From: Podarcis gaigeae
Lineage: Eukaryota
Length of the DNA stretch: 64,000 bases
NCBI GenBank assembly: GCA_964106915.2
Contig: OZ066920.1
Strand: one strand, 5' to 3'
Positions 11,607 to 26,134 of the stretch are shown piece after piece. The notes below the pieces were generated by a model. The model ran no database searches. It was not told the origin of the DNA and was given only the letters and a program-made list of their open reading frames with translations. A program made the translations under genes and the position numbers. Numbering within the stretch: position 1 is the first letter of the stretch; each line of letters starts with the position of its first letter.

Positions 11607-14600
11607 CTACAGAGAAAGTATAGGAAATAAAATGTGTGAGTACCAAAACAAGAACCTTTAAAAAAATCAAGACAGCTTAAAAGAATAAGAGAACATTCAT
11701 TTAATTTCATGCTAAAAGTTTGATATTAACTGGCTCATATTATTAATTTTCCATGCCTGAAATACTTCCTTCTATTGCAAAGTATGTTGCCTTACCATTA
11801 AATTATTACTTTAATTGCAATAAAAACATAATGGGAAGGATCCATCCTATGCAGCTCACAAAATTCAGTTTTCCTGGCCCCTTCTCCACACTGAACCCAT
11901 CCCAAAAAACAGAATGGCACAGGGTGGGACATGGGAGACTGCAGCAGGAAGAAGAAATTAGCAGAATTTGGGGGGAAGAGGGTTCCCCTAAATGCAGCTT
12001 TTGATCCAAGTCTGTTTTCTTCACTATTATTTGCAACATGCCCAATAGTAGGGACCATTTTCAGCACATATGCAGAAGTTGAAAGCGTTAACGTCTTATT
12101 GGCTCTCAATGGAACTGTCCTGATTTCTGAAATTAACTTGGACTTTTTGTAAAACTGAATATAACTTACGGTACCTAAAATTAGAATGTCATGGTCCCAG
12201 GGCTAGGAACATCAAGTATGCCTAAAGGGCAGGATATGCATCATGCAAATGTAATTTTTATAACAGTGAATGCATAGGGGTTAAGGAAAACCAAAGCTGA
12301 TTGTTTCCCCAGGGGTGGGGGTGGTGTTCCTCTTGATCAAAGAATTCTGCACACAGTCCAAGAGAGGATTTCATGGTTGTCTAGATAATGCATTGCCTTC
12401 CCTGCACTTGCAAAGGAATTTCCAAACAGCACTGCAGTAAGACATTATGGGCCAATTTAAAATGAAGAATTCTTTTTTTTTCAATATGGCATTCATGACT
12501 CAATTACGATTGAGCCAGGGGGACTTTGCTCACCACTAGACGAAATACGTTGGGGTGGAAGAGTTTAAAGAACAAGATAACACAGATGTGATAATATCTA
12601 GTAAGATGAATAACCATGACAACATTTTGAAGGAAATGTAAATTACTGTAGCATGAAAAGACATTTTGAAACTTTTGAGATAATTTACCGAGGGGATTAA
12701 ATGAAAGCAGGGCAGGGGTTTTATAAGGCTATCTAGAATCTGAAATAATATTCACTGTTATCTGGCCTGAATTCACCATTTTGAGAATTTTGACAGCATT
12801 AACAAAGAATAACACACACAGCACACAAGCATCAGCAATCAAGCAGAACCGCTCCCTGGTCTCCAGCCTTTGACATCTTCACCTCTGCAGCTTAGCCAAC
12901 CTATAAACAAACCTCAAGCTCCCAAGCTGCCTTCATTGGAGATGCAACTATGGACACTTCTCAGTATGCCCCTCATTCCTTTGTGGCAGATGTCACTGCA
13001 AGACGTGCACACTGGCCCAAACACTGGGCGCTGACACTCTTCTCAACAGTTACAAACTGGAGTTCACCTCCAATCTGTCTCCGAGATTATTTCTGTCTCC
13101 GATATCCAACGATCCACAAAAATGCTCCAGTGAACTGCTTTGAGTTTCTAAATAAATATTTTATGCTACAATATGTGCTATCTACATTACGTGGTAAGAG
13201 TTCATGTGATTTCCTTTAACACTGCATGTATGTTTACTTTTTTGAAGAAACTTTCTATTCAGAAAGAAGTTTGAAAATTTTGGGGATATTATATTAATTT
13301 TCAGATTAATCACTATAAAACAGAGTGATTATGTAATGTGTACTCTTGATTATTTAACTGATTTCAGCATTTGTATGTCACCCCAGAACATTTAGCGCTC
13401 TGCATGGTTTACAACGAATAGTAAAATAAAAATAGAAATGTAAATATATGAAATAAAACATGAAACTATAAAAACAAAAACAAAGCTCTTCATACCCCCC
13501 CAAATCAGAAGCACAAATTTAAACACTGTGAGGCCCAGAATATATAAGATATTTAGGAAGCCTAGCTGAACAGAAATGACTTGGGTGATGAAAATACCAC
13601 AAAGCTGGTGCCATGAGAGACTCACTGGGGAGGATGTTCCATAACCATAGTGCCACTGCTAGAAAAGCCCCTCTTCCTGATGCCTACCTGCCTCATTTCA
13701 TTTGGTGAGGGCAACTAAAGCAGGCTATATCTGAATATAATGCTCTAGAAAATCCAGAAATTGTTTTGATTGTACAGCCTTCAGACTGAGATTTCTGAAC
13801 TATTTTGTTTTAGGAAACATAAACACAGCCCCAACTGTTAGGGGAAGATGCCTAAAAACACCCAAAAAGCTTTATAACCGTGGGGTACAAAACATAACAG
13901 GAATGTACTATCTGCATTAAAAATAATGAGTAATCTCAACAACATTACAAGTGCCATTCTTAAACTAATTTGTACTGAAACAAAATTATGCTAATTCATT
14001 TCATTCCACAACTTCCTCCAAAGGCTATACATTTAGCCTCAAATTATTAAAGTTCCTCAGAAAGAAATAATGAAAAAGGGGAAGTCACTATGCAATTATC
14101 TATAGAGTCCTCAAGAAATCATTTAGGATGATAGAAATGGGCAGCACATAGGAAGAAGAAAATTATGTTTTCCACCAAACTGTCAACCTTGTCTGAGTTT
14201 TTCCAGGTTATTTTGCAAAAGGGGGAAAAGATTTTATTATCTCCATTTAGAAGACTGAGAAAAATATTAAAAAGCCAATAAACCTCTCCAAGGTGAAAAA
14301 CAACAGGGGACAGATACTCTTTGTGTTCCTTAATTGCCACACATTCTAGATTCAGTTTTCACCAACATAAGGCTTGTACTAAACACCAACTAGTTGACAA
14401 TCACTTAGGGATGTAAACTGAAGGAACTAATTCAAGACAGATAATTGTCAAGAGCCATGATTGTGGGTTTGTTTTTCTGTAAATCCTTTGCAACACCCTT
14501 TTATGTACACCTAGCAAGAAGTTCCAGATCAATTTAACAGGGAACATGATAAATGCTAAAAAGAACTATTTCGGTAATATCTAACACCATATGCTTTCAA

Positions 14601-16796
14601 ATATGGGTCAGTAGCTTGCGGTACTACAGTGTAATTAGACAGTAAGGTAGAGGTACTTGCTTAATTGAAGGAACAAGTGTGATACTTGATTTTTCTGGGA
14701 TTTTGTTGTCCATTTTAGTATCTGTCAATGCAGATGTGCTAGCTGAAAGACTGTTGGCAGATTATTAAGAAAATTGCTGGGCTCAGAATTATATTAAAAA
14801 TCAAGGATGCAATTTGCATCTATTTGCATTTTCATGATGGCAGTACAGCACCTTGTCAATTTAAAAGCCAGGCAAGGTCAAAAATCAAAGATGTTTCAGC
14901 TGGCAAATCCATATGCTGGCAACAGCTGACTGCTTTGATAAGCAGTAAGCAGTTGCTGGTTAAAGGTGTTTTACTGGAGGCCTGCAGGAGGCAGGTGCCT
15001 TTTTTAACATGTAACTTTAAGAGGTGCACATTCCTTGGCAGCAAATATACAACAAGTGACCAAACATTGAAATTCAAATTACCATCAAAACCCCATTGTG
15101 TTGGATAGGAGAGGATAAGGGAACACAAAACAATGGTTTGCAATATACCAGTTAAATTAGCACTTCATGTAATTTCTGATGTGCACATTCCACTGTGGCT
15201 TCATCTGACTTGTAACAAGATCAAGCAAACATATGCTTGTTGGAAACAAGGCAACCATGTATATAGCACATTTCCCCAAAACATGTTTATTAATTTATTT
15301 AGAAAAAAAATGTATGAACTACTTAATCAAAGCTGTATACATAAAGTAATATAAAATAATTGTCAAGGATACACCCCCCAAAATCAGTTTTTTTTTTAAA
15401 AAAGCAAATATACAAACACTAAATTGCATGCCTAGGTAGACTTGTTGAAATAAAAATGAAACAATATAGCGTGGGTGACTGCCTAAGAGGTAGTGTTCCA
15501 AAGCACAGTTATTGCTGCACTAAACGATACAATGCTCCACAAAAGAGGAACAAAGACCCAAAAATAGAAGTGGCTGAGTAAGTACATGTGGAGCAAGGTG
15601 ATCCTTCAAGTAAACTGGCCCCAAGCCATTCAGGGCTTTATATACCAATAGGAAAACCTTGAATTTGGCCAGGTAATAAGGAGGAAGTCAGTGCAGGTCT
15701 TTAAGTAAAGGTAATATTGTGGTAAGATCTCAGTCCTGCCAGCAGTTGTGTTGCATTTAGACTGTAACTAAAGAGAACCAAAGGGATTATATTTCAGTTA
15801 GTAGTTTCCTTCCCTACTAACAGTACAAATCAACTCTAGGCCTGAAAGAATTAAGAGTCTGGCAACACACCATTCAATTATTCTTTTAAAAAAATCAATG
15901 GTGGCAACAGGACTAAATAATTTATTCATCCCAAACCATTATTTATTGTTGCCTTAGCTGAAAAGAAAAGGAGATGGACAAAGAGAGACTCTAGCCCTCC
16001 AAGCTCTAGATCTTAGTCCCAAAGCATTTTTATGTTCCAGATTGCTTTCACCAATCACTTTTGAAGTTTCCTTTTGCTTCTCAAGTCTTTAAAAAGTATT
16101 ACAATTTTGTCTGTTCTTCCCACTATATTAGGACAATTCTTTCCCAGTTCACCTTAGCTGCTATTTACGTTACAAAATGTGCATATTAATTCCATGAGTA
16201 CAATTCATGTCTCAAATGGTTTGGCCCCTGACACCAACAATTTGTTCAAAGAGCTGCAATTTTAAAGTCTCTATGGCATAAAAAGTGCTGTATTTTAATC
16301 TATTTTAACTGCTGATTTACTGCTGGTTATATTATAAATGATTTGCATTTGTAACATAACGAGCAATAAATGGTATTGTACTGATTTTCTAGTCATTTGT
16401 ATTATATTGAGAGCCGCACTGGCTGAATACGGTAATTGTATACAAATACACAAAATGAATGAATAAGTAAATGTTTAATATAAGAAAGCAATCAGTTTAA
16501 CTAAAGCTAGTCCATGGACCTTAGAATTCAGCTTCTGAAGTTTCTCAAGTAACCTTAAGCACCCAACAGCCTAGTACTAATGTATCCTGGCCCATAGCCA
16601 ACAGCAGCCTGAAGGACCATGGTGCCCTGCCCTGGGAGCCCACCCCCTCATATATTGAGCAAATCACACTGGCATTGAAAGAAGCAATGAAATCAGAGGC
16701 TGAGAAGACACTGCAAGCCTCATGGCATTAGAGGAAAAAGTGGAAACAATATGGAGAAGGTTTGACTACAGTCACAGTCATACTGATGAGTCCTTT

Positions 16797-16821
16797 CAAA
16801 AAAAATTCCTTCCAGTAGCAC
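16797..16821. mobile_element. 25-bp micro-insertion matching the Penelope-type end at ~44460-44478
   Basis: aaattccttccagtagcac is shared with 44460-44478; flanked by the 14-bp direct repeat ctgatgagtccttt (16783-16796, 16822-16835). Confidence 0.7.
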
Positions 16822-17156
16822 CTGATGAGTCCTTTGTTAGTCTGCAAATAAATATATGGGTTATCACAATTTGCGGCAAACAATGTTAAACATTAACTCG
16901 TTAGTATAAAGTAATTTGTGTTATAATAGATATATACAGGTAACTCACAACTTACAGACATTTAACTTGCGTGTGTTCAGCACTTGGCAGATAAATAAAT
17001 AAATTAATATGTGGAAAGTGGGCAGGGTTCTGAGAAAAATGACTTTGGCAATTCCACCCACCATTGAACCCAGTAGGTTTAGACTTTATGTGCAATCCCT
17101 AGAGTGTAAGTTGAGAATTGCCTGTATGTGCATGTCATTTACAATACCAATAATTT

Positions 17157-17259
17157 AATGTCACAGTTCTTAAACAGAGTTTTCTTCCTTTTTATGTATC
17201 CTTTGAAGAATGTCACAGTTCTTAAACAGTTTTCTTCATTTTTATGTATGCTTTTGAAG
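17157..17259. repeat. ~52-bp tandem duplication (2 diverged copies)
   Basis: aatgtcacagttcttaaacag..ttttcttc.tttttatgtat.c.tttgaag twice. Confidence 0.9.
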
Positions 17260-19498
17260 ATATGTATCGGTTTGAAAATGGCTTAATATACAGCACCCAC
17301 ATAATTTAGCAATAATGATTGAAGTATGAGAGGAAATATTGACTACAAATTAAACATCTGGTGGATTATTATAAATGCCTATTATTCAGTTTAAATACTA
17401 GGGTATACTTTGGGGAAATTTCTTAGGACAGAGAAATAATGAAGAGATAAAGCAATTTTACAAGCTAATTGTTCTCCCTAAACTGTTTGTGTCTTGGACT
17501 TTTGCACTGGGAGAATGTTTAATAGAGTACAAGCTCAAGACTATGGCTCATTATATGACAATATCTACAGAGTGTTTCTCAGCTACAAAGGGAACTATGG
17601 GGCCTGTCATTTGCCATATAACCAATAAAGAATCTACACCATGGATAGATGCTCTGAAGCAACAAGCCCTTCAAGTATTCAAAGAGTGCTTTCAGTCTTC
17701 CTCTTCAGGGTAAACATGCCAAATCCCTTCACCAATTTTTCATTGGAAGGGGTATCCATAATGTGAGAATCTTCACTACTCTCCTATAGATCCCATCCAA
17801 ACTTCCTGTATCTATCTTAAATTAAAGTACCCAGAAGTGGGCACTGTGCTGCTGAAGATGACTGTGTAATGCAGAATAAAGTGGACCTAAAATGAAATCA
17901 GCAAAGAAATATGTCACACCACCTACAAAAGGGAGTGTGCCAGTGAGCAAACTTCTAGACTACCGGTAAATAAGAACATGGGTCCATCCAGACTGAAAGA
18001 AGAAACAGAATGCAGTATAGACATTATATTACCAGGTAGCAAAGAGGAATCAATAAGTATATCACACACATACCGTGTGAGAAATAGAAAGAAAGAAATA
18101 TATACACACAAAAATACACACACCTGTCTATGTAGAGCAAGGACAGTTAACCTTTTTTCTGTCAAAGGAAACTGAGGACTGGCCACCTCTCAGAGGGTGA
18201 CATACCAGTGGTGGCTATGGCCAATGCACATGTGTGGAGGCACACACACAGCATACAGATAGGCAGGAAGGCATGCACACCGAGTCACACATTCGGGCAT
18301 GCAACACTGCAATGAAGACTTTAAAATGCTTTGGTTCTGCTCTCTCAGAGCAGTGCTAGAGTGGGAGGCTTTCCTACTCAGCTCTGCATCTAGAGCAAAG
18401 TGAAAGCATTTCTCAATTGCAGTGCTAAGAAATGAGGCAATCCTACCTCCGCACTGTAATGGAGAAGAAAAACAAATCAATGTGTTCAATCATTCAATCA
18501 ACACATTCAAATATATTCTTGCCTGGCAAAAGCACCTGTTCTGCTCTTCTGGTTTGGTACTACTGCAAAAAAGAAAAGAAAGAAAGCTTTCCTTCCTATT
18601 TCCTGAGCTTGAAAACCTTGCCATTGTACCATTGGGAGGGAGAAGTGCCTTTGTAGGGAAAACTGAGGCAGAGGCTCCTGATTTCTGGAGCACTGGTGAT
18701 ACCCTACAGTATCCCTCAGCAGAACATTTTTTAAACAATTAATTGCTAAATTATTGAGGGCCCTGGGAGCCACCCAAACCGCTGGGGGGGGGGAATTCAG
18801 CCCAAGGGCCACAGATCAGGGTCAGGCAGTAAATATAAACAACTTGAAACATCACTTTACCCATCCTAAACCAACTATAATGATCCCTTTAGTGAAGAAA
18901 AGCCTGAAGGTTTAGCCAGTTGTCAGGAATACTTTGTCTGTAATACAGTAATAGCACATGTCCACCACTTCCAGTTGACTGATTTCAATGTTTTCAGTAG
19001 GTCAGTCATATGAACAGTTGACTTCTGGGCAGAAAGAATTTAACTGTACAAGTTCCTTTCTTGTGATATAGTCATTTAAAAGCCCAAAAAGCTAACAATG
19101 TTCCACCAAACTTTGCTCTTAATGCAGGAGGTCTAGGTCAAGAGTTTGCAAGCAGAACAGTATGTAAAATTTAAGGGAGTGAACATTCAGAGTATGCCTC
19201 TATTTGCATTTCCCCCCTTTCCCAATACTAATATAGCCTTTTTGTAACAATAGTGGAGTGTCCCATCCTATACCAGCCTAATCTAAATAGCAGGTTTGCT
19301 CATGTGTGAGTGAAAGAGAGTGCACACAGGTGACAAAATTAATACTACCCAGTTTCATTTTAAATCCCATGAGATTTATGACACAATGTTGCATAACTAT
19401 TTCTTGCAGTAAAAATATCACTGCACATATACATTCCCTAGCATTAGAACATAGGAAGATGGCTTATATACAAACTTTTACTGACTAAACACCCATTA

Positions 19499-19835
19499 AA
19501 GGTAAAGGGACCCCTGACCATTAGGTCCAGTCGTGGTGCTCATCTCGCTTTATTGGCCAAGGGAGCCGGCGTACAGCTTCCGGGTCATGTGGCTAGCATG
19601 ACTAAGCCGCTTCTGGCAAACCAGAGCAGCGCAAGGAAGTGCCGTTTACCTTCCCGCCTGAGTGGTACCTATTTATCTACTTGCACTTCGACGTGCTTTC
19701 TAACTGCTAGGTTGGCAGGAGCAGGGACCGAGCTATGGGAGCTCACCCCATCGCGGGGATTCGAACCACCGACCTTCTGATCAGCAAGTCCTAATGGGTG
19801 GGACGCGGGTTAAACCACAGAGCCACCCGCGTCCC
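19499..19835 (-). mobile_element. Sauria-type SINE (different subfamily) with rearranged 5' end
   Basis: Shares the body ccgtttaccttcccgc...tatttatctacttgcac with the other two copies; TSD acccatta at 19491-19498 and 19836-19843. Confidence 0.9.
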
Positions 19836-20206
19836 ACCCATTAGCTTGTTCAATTAGCTTGGTATTGTCTACACTGACTTGCAGGGTCTCATAGACTTGG
19901 GACTGTCTGCATGCAAGGCAAATGTTCTGTCCCTGATAGTCTTGTAGTGAATTCTCTCAGCGCAAATATAGAAAATACAGAATTACCATGTAGCCTTGTG
20001 TCTGAATGCTGAAACACCTATCCTTTGAGAATGGATGATAAAGTTTACTAAGGAGCTTACTGTTAACGTTCTTCTATCAGTTATCATTCCATCAAAATAT
20101 GAGTTTTGTCACTTTCCTTAAGAACTGCAGGCAGTCAACAGATTAATAATATTTACGGTAAACTAATTGGATTCAGCTAAGAAATGGAAATACCAATAAA
20201 TGAGGC

Positions 20207-20239
<33 letters not shown>
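20207..20239. repeat. (AAT)11 microsatellite
   Basis: Direct read. Confidence 0.93.
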
Positions 20240-20240
<1 letters not shown>

Positions 20241-20502
20241 TGCAATACTTTAAAGACTTGTAAAAATTCACTGAGTTATCCTGGTACTGCCACACAGGGA
20301 ACCCTCCTTTAAAATATTTGCAACACAGGCAGCTATTGGTGCATCATCTTTGGCACTGATTTGCAAACTCAGGGTTAGCTGAAAATCCTTTGAACATTCT
20401 TAATCAAAACCCTAAAATACCCTTGGTTCACTTCTGTCAGAAAAAAAATGCTTCACAAATGCAGACATTCCTTACTATGTGGCTTGTAAGGAAGAACAAG
20501 GT

Positions 20503-20587
20503 GGCAATTTATACACATTCATGGGAGTAAGCCCCATTGAACTTAATGGCTCTTACTTCTGAGCAAATGTGCACATGATTGCACTGT
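20503..20587. mobile_element. Short palindromic MITE-like family (~85 bp; gtaagycccattgaa..caatggg.cttac core)
   Basis: Decayed copies also at ~10830, 21265, 46413, 47323, 47810, 50820, 51135, 56815, 57075, 63570. Confidence 0.5.
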
Positions 20588-23500
20588 AAACCTTACACAT
20601 GCAGGCTAGGTTGTTGGCCTTGAATTAACACCTTGTTTCTATCAGGGCATTTATTCCAGACTATTTTCCTTTGTTCTCCTTCTTCATTCACAGGCCATTG
20701 CATGCATGCCAGCAAATGAATTATCTTGAATAAAATACTCATTTGTTCTAAGTATAAAGACACAAAGAGAAGTAGCGTTTGGCATTTCTGGCCATGTGGT
20801 TCTTAGGCCACAATAATAGTTTTGCCATGTAATGTAGAAATCCCATAACAAAAACATGGGGACAACCTTTCTTGCTACTCAACTGGCAACAGCTTAACTC
20901 ATTCAACCGGCAAACTAAAATGTTAAATATCTGTTACCTAAAATGTCACGTGGGAACCATTCATTTGTGTCTTGTAGTTATGCAAAATAATGGACTGTAG
21001 TAACATGCCTGTAGCATAATGAGTAGCTTATTTTTGTTTTATAAAGAGCTTAGTTCAATAATACTGTGTTAAATTTCAATTTGTGGTCTACAAATGTAGA
21101 TATTTTAAACACACATTCTTTTGCTACTCTATCATAGATTGTTTCTTTATCCCATATAGCATGTTTGGATCTGTCTGTATTAAAAACAATCCTTGCTGTG
21201 CAATTTTAAAATCTTGCTTAAAATGTAATGCTAATGATATGAAGGAATAGTACAGCACAATTATATGCAATGTTTACCCCAATGTAAGCCCCACTAAATA
21301 CCATGTGTGTACAGGATTGCAGTCTACAACCTCCACTGAATCTCATACTGCCTCTGTGTTGCAAGTACACATTAATGTAAATTAAGCTTCAATAGAAATA
21401 AACTTCTTATGATCGGTTAGAAAGTGTTGATAATACTCAGTTAAGGGTTTCTGATTTTTTCCATTTAATTTCACACACACCCTGCAATCTTTTAAACAAA
21501 CAAAAAAAAAAAAAGTGCTGGAGACAAATGGCAATGCTAACAATTTACCCAGCAACACAGTTGCACTATATCTGCATTTAAAATGTCTTCTTCTAATAGA
21601 TTTTCAGTGTGCAGATCAATGTCTCACACTTTTGTATATTATAGTAACAATCATACAAGTGTCAGTGACATTGTATAATATGGCACACTTTCTATTGGGG
21701 CCAAGAGTTTATTTTTAATAACCCTTGAGCTCACAATCCTAAAAAGCCAGCACTAATCTAAACAGAAAAAGCCCCAACAACCAAAGGATTGCTAAATCCC
21801 AATAAGAAGATTGGTGACCTAGTCCTCATTTTGGAATCAGACCAAATTAGGGCCTTTTCTCATGACATCAGCAACAGAGCTCTCAGCAGGCCTAGTATTA
21901 TGAACTAAAACTGTAATATTCAGGACAGTTTCTTAAATTTTATGAAATGACACATGCAGGGGCAGAAACAAACATGTAGACACACATCCTCACACATACA
22001 AGCTACCCACGCCACACATGGTTTTATACTCTGCCTGAAGCAATTGGTGTGCAACAGACCCACGCTAGTTACTCCAGCCTCTCTCTTTCAAGAATCCCAG
22101 TGCGGCAACCCTTGTAGCGTGAATTCAAAGTTCTAACCTGTAACCTGCTCTAAAGCTGCTGTGCAGTTAAGAGTGGGCAATAAATATTTTAAATAAAAAG
22201 AGATGGTCAGTGGGGAAGAGAGAAAAGGCAATTCAGGCACAATTTTTAGAATAAGTGGATTGAATGGAACAGTCCAGGGAGAAAATAAGCCCAATTGAGC
22301 TGCCCCCCCCCGTTAACTCACTTTCAATCTTGCCCAGGTGGTATCTCTCCCATTGTAATGGCTACTGCTGGCTGGTAGCTGAAGGAAAGAGGAGCCACTT
22401 CCAAGTTGGCCCACTTCCATTTCTCCCTATGCTGTTGTAGTCTGTCGGGTGAAATGGCAGCTAAAAGCTGTATATTGTTCGAGAAATATTAGCAAGAAAT
22501 GGTTTGCTGGTAGTACTCGAATCTTGTAAGACCCATAGACAAGAAACTTAATATGGAAGCTCACAAAGATGAGTGCAGCATAACAAGCTTGTTATCAATA
22601 TAAGCTAATGCTGGCAAGATTGTCTGTTGTATGTCAAAATATTTTGGGTTTTAGAAATAACAACGTTAAATAGCAAATTTGCCTAATTGTACTCATGATT
22701 CACTCAAACTGGCCAGATTCTAATGCATGAGTTGTCAACACGACTCTGGCAGGCATTCCCTGGTGCTCACAGGGACCTGTTCCACACACTCCAATCTAGC
22801 TGAAATGGGGCTTGAAAGAAACCTTGTAAAGTAGTCAATAGAAGGCATTTCTCAAATCCATTTGCAACATGAAGGGGTTAACTCTCCAGCTGCTGACTAA
22901 TATGGTCAGAGTTCAAGAGGGAAGACAGTTCTGTTAGAAAATGTGGATTCTGCTTCCAGTCAATATGAGAGCATATTTACCACCACATGAACCTCCATTT
23001 CAAAAAAGAGAATTAAAAATGGGCAAAATGTTATAGATATTTTGTTAAATCCGGTTATGAAAAACTGTAATAGACACAGTAATATACAGTTTACCTCAAA
23101 TGTCAATGCAGCTAAGAACATCTCAGGCGAGGCAAGCAAAAGGTAGGTATTTTGCTAGCAGTGAGATGGTGGCAGCGGCAGCAGAAATGGTAGTGGATGG
23201 GATCAGAAGTACTTCACACCCTTTCTCTTCCAGCCTTCTCTTCCCTACTTGATGCTTCCTCAGCTGGTTAAATCTCACCACCACCATGTGATTCTCATCA
23301 TGACTGGTGTCATGCTACTATTAAGGGTCCGTCCCCCCATAAGCTTAATAACAGCATGAATGCACAGGGCAGGTAATTTCAATCAGAACTATAGATTTAA
23401 AGACTTAAAGCTCCTGAGCAGCTTCCTCTTCTCCCTCCCTGCTAGGTTGGCTAGTTACACAGAAACAATTAAATACCCTTCCTTTCCATTGGAGGTCCTT

Positions 23501-24140
23501 GTTGCACCAACCAGCTTAGTCACAGAATAGAATGAAACAAAACCAGGTTTTCCTACTAATTCAAGAAGAAAATAATTCTGACTTGGCAAAATATGACCAT
23601 TGGCTTCCAAGATGTGTGTGCTGTGGGAGGAAGTGGATGACGGCCATGCCATACAGTGAAGGAAGTGAAGGAAGCTAGACACAGACATTTTTACAGCCTC
23701 TGTTCCTTCATCCCCAACTGAACGTTGGATAGTTGTTTCTGTGTTGGATATGTTTTGCTTTTAGAAGTTGTAATTGTTTTATCACCTGTGTGCTTGCTGC
23801 CATGGGTTCCTTTGGGATATAAATTTAATAAAGTTCTGGTTGCTTGCCTTGGTCATGCCTTCCAGGAAGGAGAGGGAAATCCTATCCCTGTTTTATATTG
23901 CAAGAGACTCTTATATTGCAAGAGACCTATGCTGCTACCAGTGCTGACAAACCTAGAAAGCACATTTTTTGCTGAGAATCTATTGACCTTTATACACAAC
24001 AAAATCTTTCAGGCTTACACGATCAACATTTACATTACTCTGTCAAGGCACACCCACACTTGGGATTTCCTCCTCCATTTGAAGAGAAACTCAAATATGA
24101 ATACACCGAATTGTTATTTTCAGTGTCCTATTTTCAACAA

Positions 24141-24510
24141 GGGGATGTGGGTGGCGCTGTGGGTAAAACCTCAGCGCCTAGGACTTGCCGATCGCATGGT
24201 CGGCGGTTCGAATCCCCGCGGCGGGGTGAGCTCCCGTCTTTCGGTCCCAGCTCCTGCCCACCTAGCAGTTCGAAAGCACGCTTAAGAGGCAAGTAGATAA
24301 ATAGGTACCGCTTTATAGCGGGAAGGTAAACGGCGTTTCCGTGTGCTGCTCTGGTGCCGGTATGCCAGAGCAGCTTCGTCACGCTGGCCACGTGACCCGG
24401 AAGTGTCTGCGGACAGCGCTGGCTCCCGGCCTCTAGAGTGAGATGAGCGCACAACCCTAGAGTCTGTCAAGACTGGCCCGTACGGGCAGGGGTACCTTTA
24501 CCTTTACCTT
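24141..24510 (+). mobile_element. Sauria-type SINE, full length
   Basis: Same family as 10432; B box GGTTCGAATCC; (ACCTTT)3 tail; TSD tattttcaacaa at 24129-24140 and 24511-24522. Confidence 0.93.
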
Positions 24511-24579
24511 TATTTTCAACAAAGGCCAACCAGATAACTTCAAGATACTGGCCATAAAGAAAACAGCCCTCCCAATCAT

Positions 24580-24692
24580 GTTGTCTCCTGCTTGCGGGCA
24601 TCCCATTGAGATCTGGTTGGACACTGTCACAACAGGATGCTGGACCAGATTATATTTGGCCTCATCTAGCAGGGCTCTTCTTATTTTCTATG
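24580..24692 (+). mobile_element. Squamate SINE/CR1-tail fragment (caggatgctggac.agat...ggcct.atc.agcag.gctcttctta)
   Basis: Same motif recurs at ~52895-52977 inside the CpG island. Confidence 0.5.
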
Positions 24693-26134
24693 GAGGAAGA
24701 GCTGGTCCAATTATTAAGCCCACTTAAGGAAGCTACAGTTCTGAAGGAACCAACACTGGCTGGCATCAGCACCAACCCACTCCCCACACTCAGAATCAGA
24801 ACTCTGATTGCAGGTCAGGAAGGGGTACAGCAGCTAAACCAGCTATAAACCTGCTTAGCTGGAACGTAGCCAGAATTGAAGCAACACCATATCCTGCTAT
24901 GCTCTCTGCTGGACAACTCTCTTATCCTTAATATCTTGACGTCTCATCCCTAGATAGTTCATTGGTCTCTCTGAATTTTGAGCCATGTGTAAGGGATGGC
25001 GGGAATAAGATACAGCAACTGCTATTCAGTGGTAGATACCCTATAAACTAAATCATTTAGTTATAGCAGCTAATAGCCGCCGATAGACCTTTCATCTACA
25101 TTTTTTAAACATTCCTCATGATGATGTGATGCGGCAGGCTTTCCAGCTGTGCCTGATGAGCTGCCCATCAACTGGAAGGACCCTTCTCCTTAACATAATC
25201 TAGGGAAAGGGGGGAAGAGAGAGAGAGAGCACACAGCTTCACTGACAGTTGAGACGTGTCAGAGAAGCTAGGTGACATCTCCCAAACCTGTCCTTGTTAC
25301 ACACACAGCTGTTCTAAGCCTTCACTTGAGACCCTAGGGATAGGAATAAGGTAGGTAGGAATTGTTAACAAGCTTGTTTGCATTAGAACTGGAATGTATG
25401 TTCTATAAGCTAACCCTTTCCCCCAATCATCAAGCTCTGTCCTTTTAGTCTAGGAATAATGTTAAGCACTATTTTCGGAATTTGGTGGAACTCTGGTGGA
25501 CTCCTGACTGGAGAAATATTTCCCTGCTGTCTTCTCCCTTGATGCCTGACCTTCTACCCTGCTCACATTGTTCCGATTTAAAAGGAATAAGGGTGCTCTC
25601 AGACCAAGCAGAGAAAAGTAGCAAATCAAGGACTAGTGGCATTAACCTCACTGGGGCAGAAATAGGATGTGTTTTGCTTTTTATTTAATATTGGAGAGCC
25701 TCCTATGTCAAAGGCGTTGAGCATCAAGTTTCCCTTTTAAAGTAATCATCACCATAGCTTGTGACCACAAATTTCCATATGAACTAAGCATTATGAATAA
25801 GTGCTTTTCTTCTGAACTGTTTGTTAATCAATTTCATTTGGTGACTCTGAATTCTACTACTGTAAGATAAAAGGTCCGTAGTCATTTTCTCAACATAGGC
25901 AAACTTTCACAAACCTCTATCATGTCCCAACCCATTATCATAAACTTCTATCCTGTCCTCACACTCAGTTACCTTTCTTCCTAAGCTAAAAAGCCTCAAC
26001 ATTTCCTCATTAGGAAGGTGGTCCAACCACTGTATCACCTTGCTTCCTCTTTTTACACCTTTTCCCAGTTCTAAATATATATATATATTAAATGGAGAGC
26101 AGTACAAATACACCCACAACATATATTTCTTATA

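Noticed and set aside
16783-16835. CTGATGAGTCC twice, resembling the canonical hammerhead 5' core
   Set aside because: No complementary GGAC-GAAA box follows; the repeat is better explained as a target-site duplication.
23725-24470. ORFs of 62-186 aa around 23.7-24.5 kb (and 10272-10592, 19553-19780)
   Set aside because: They overlap GC-rich Sauria SINE copies; non-coding.
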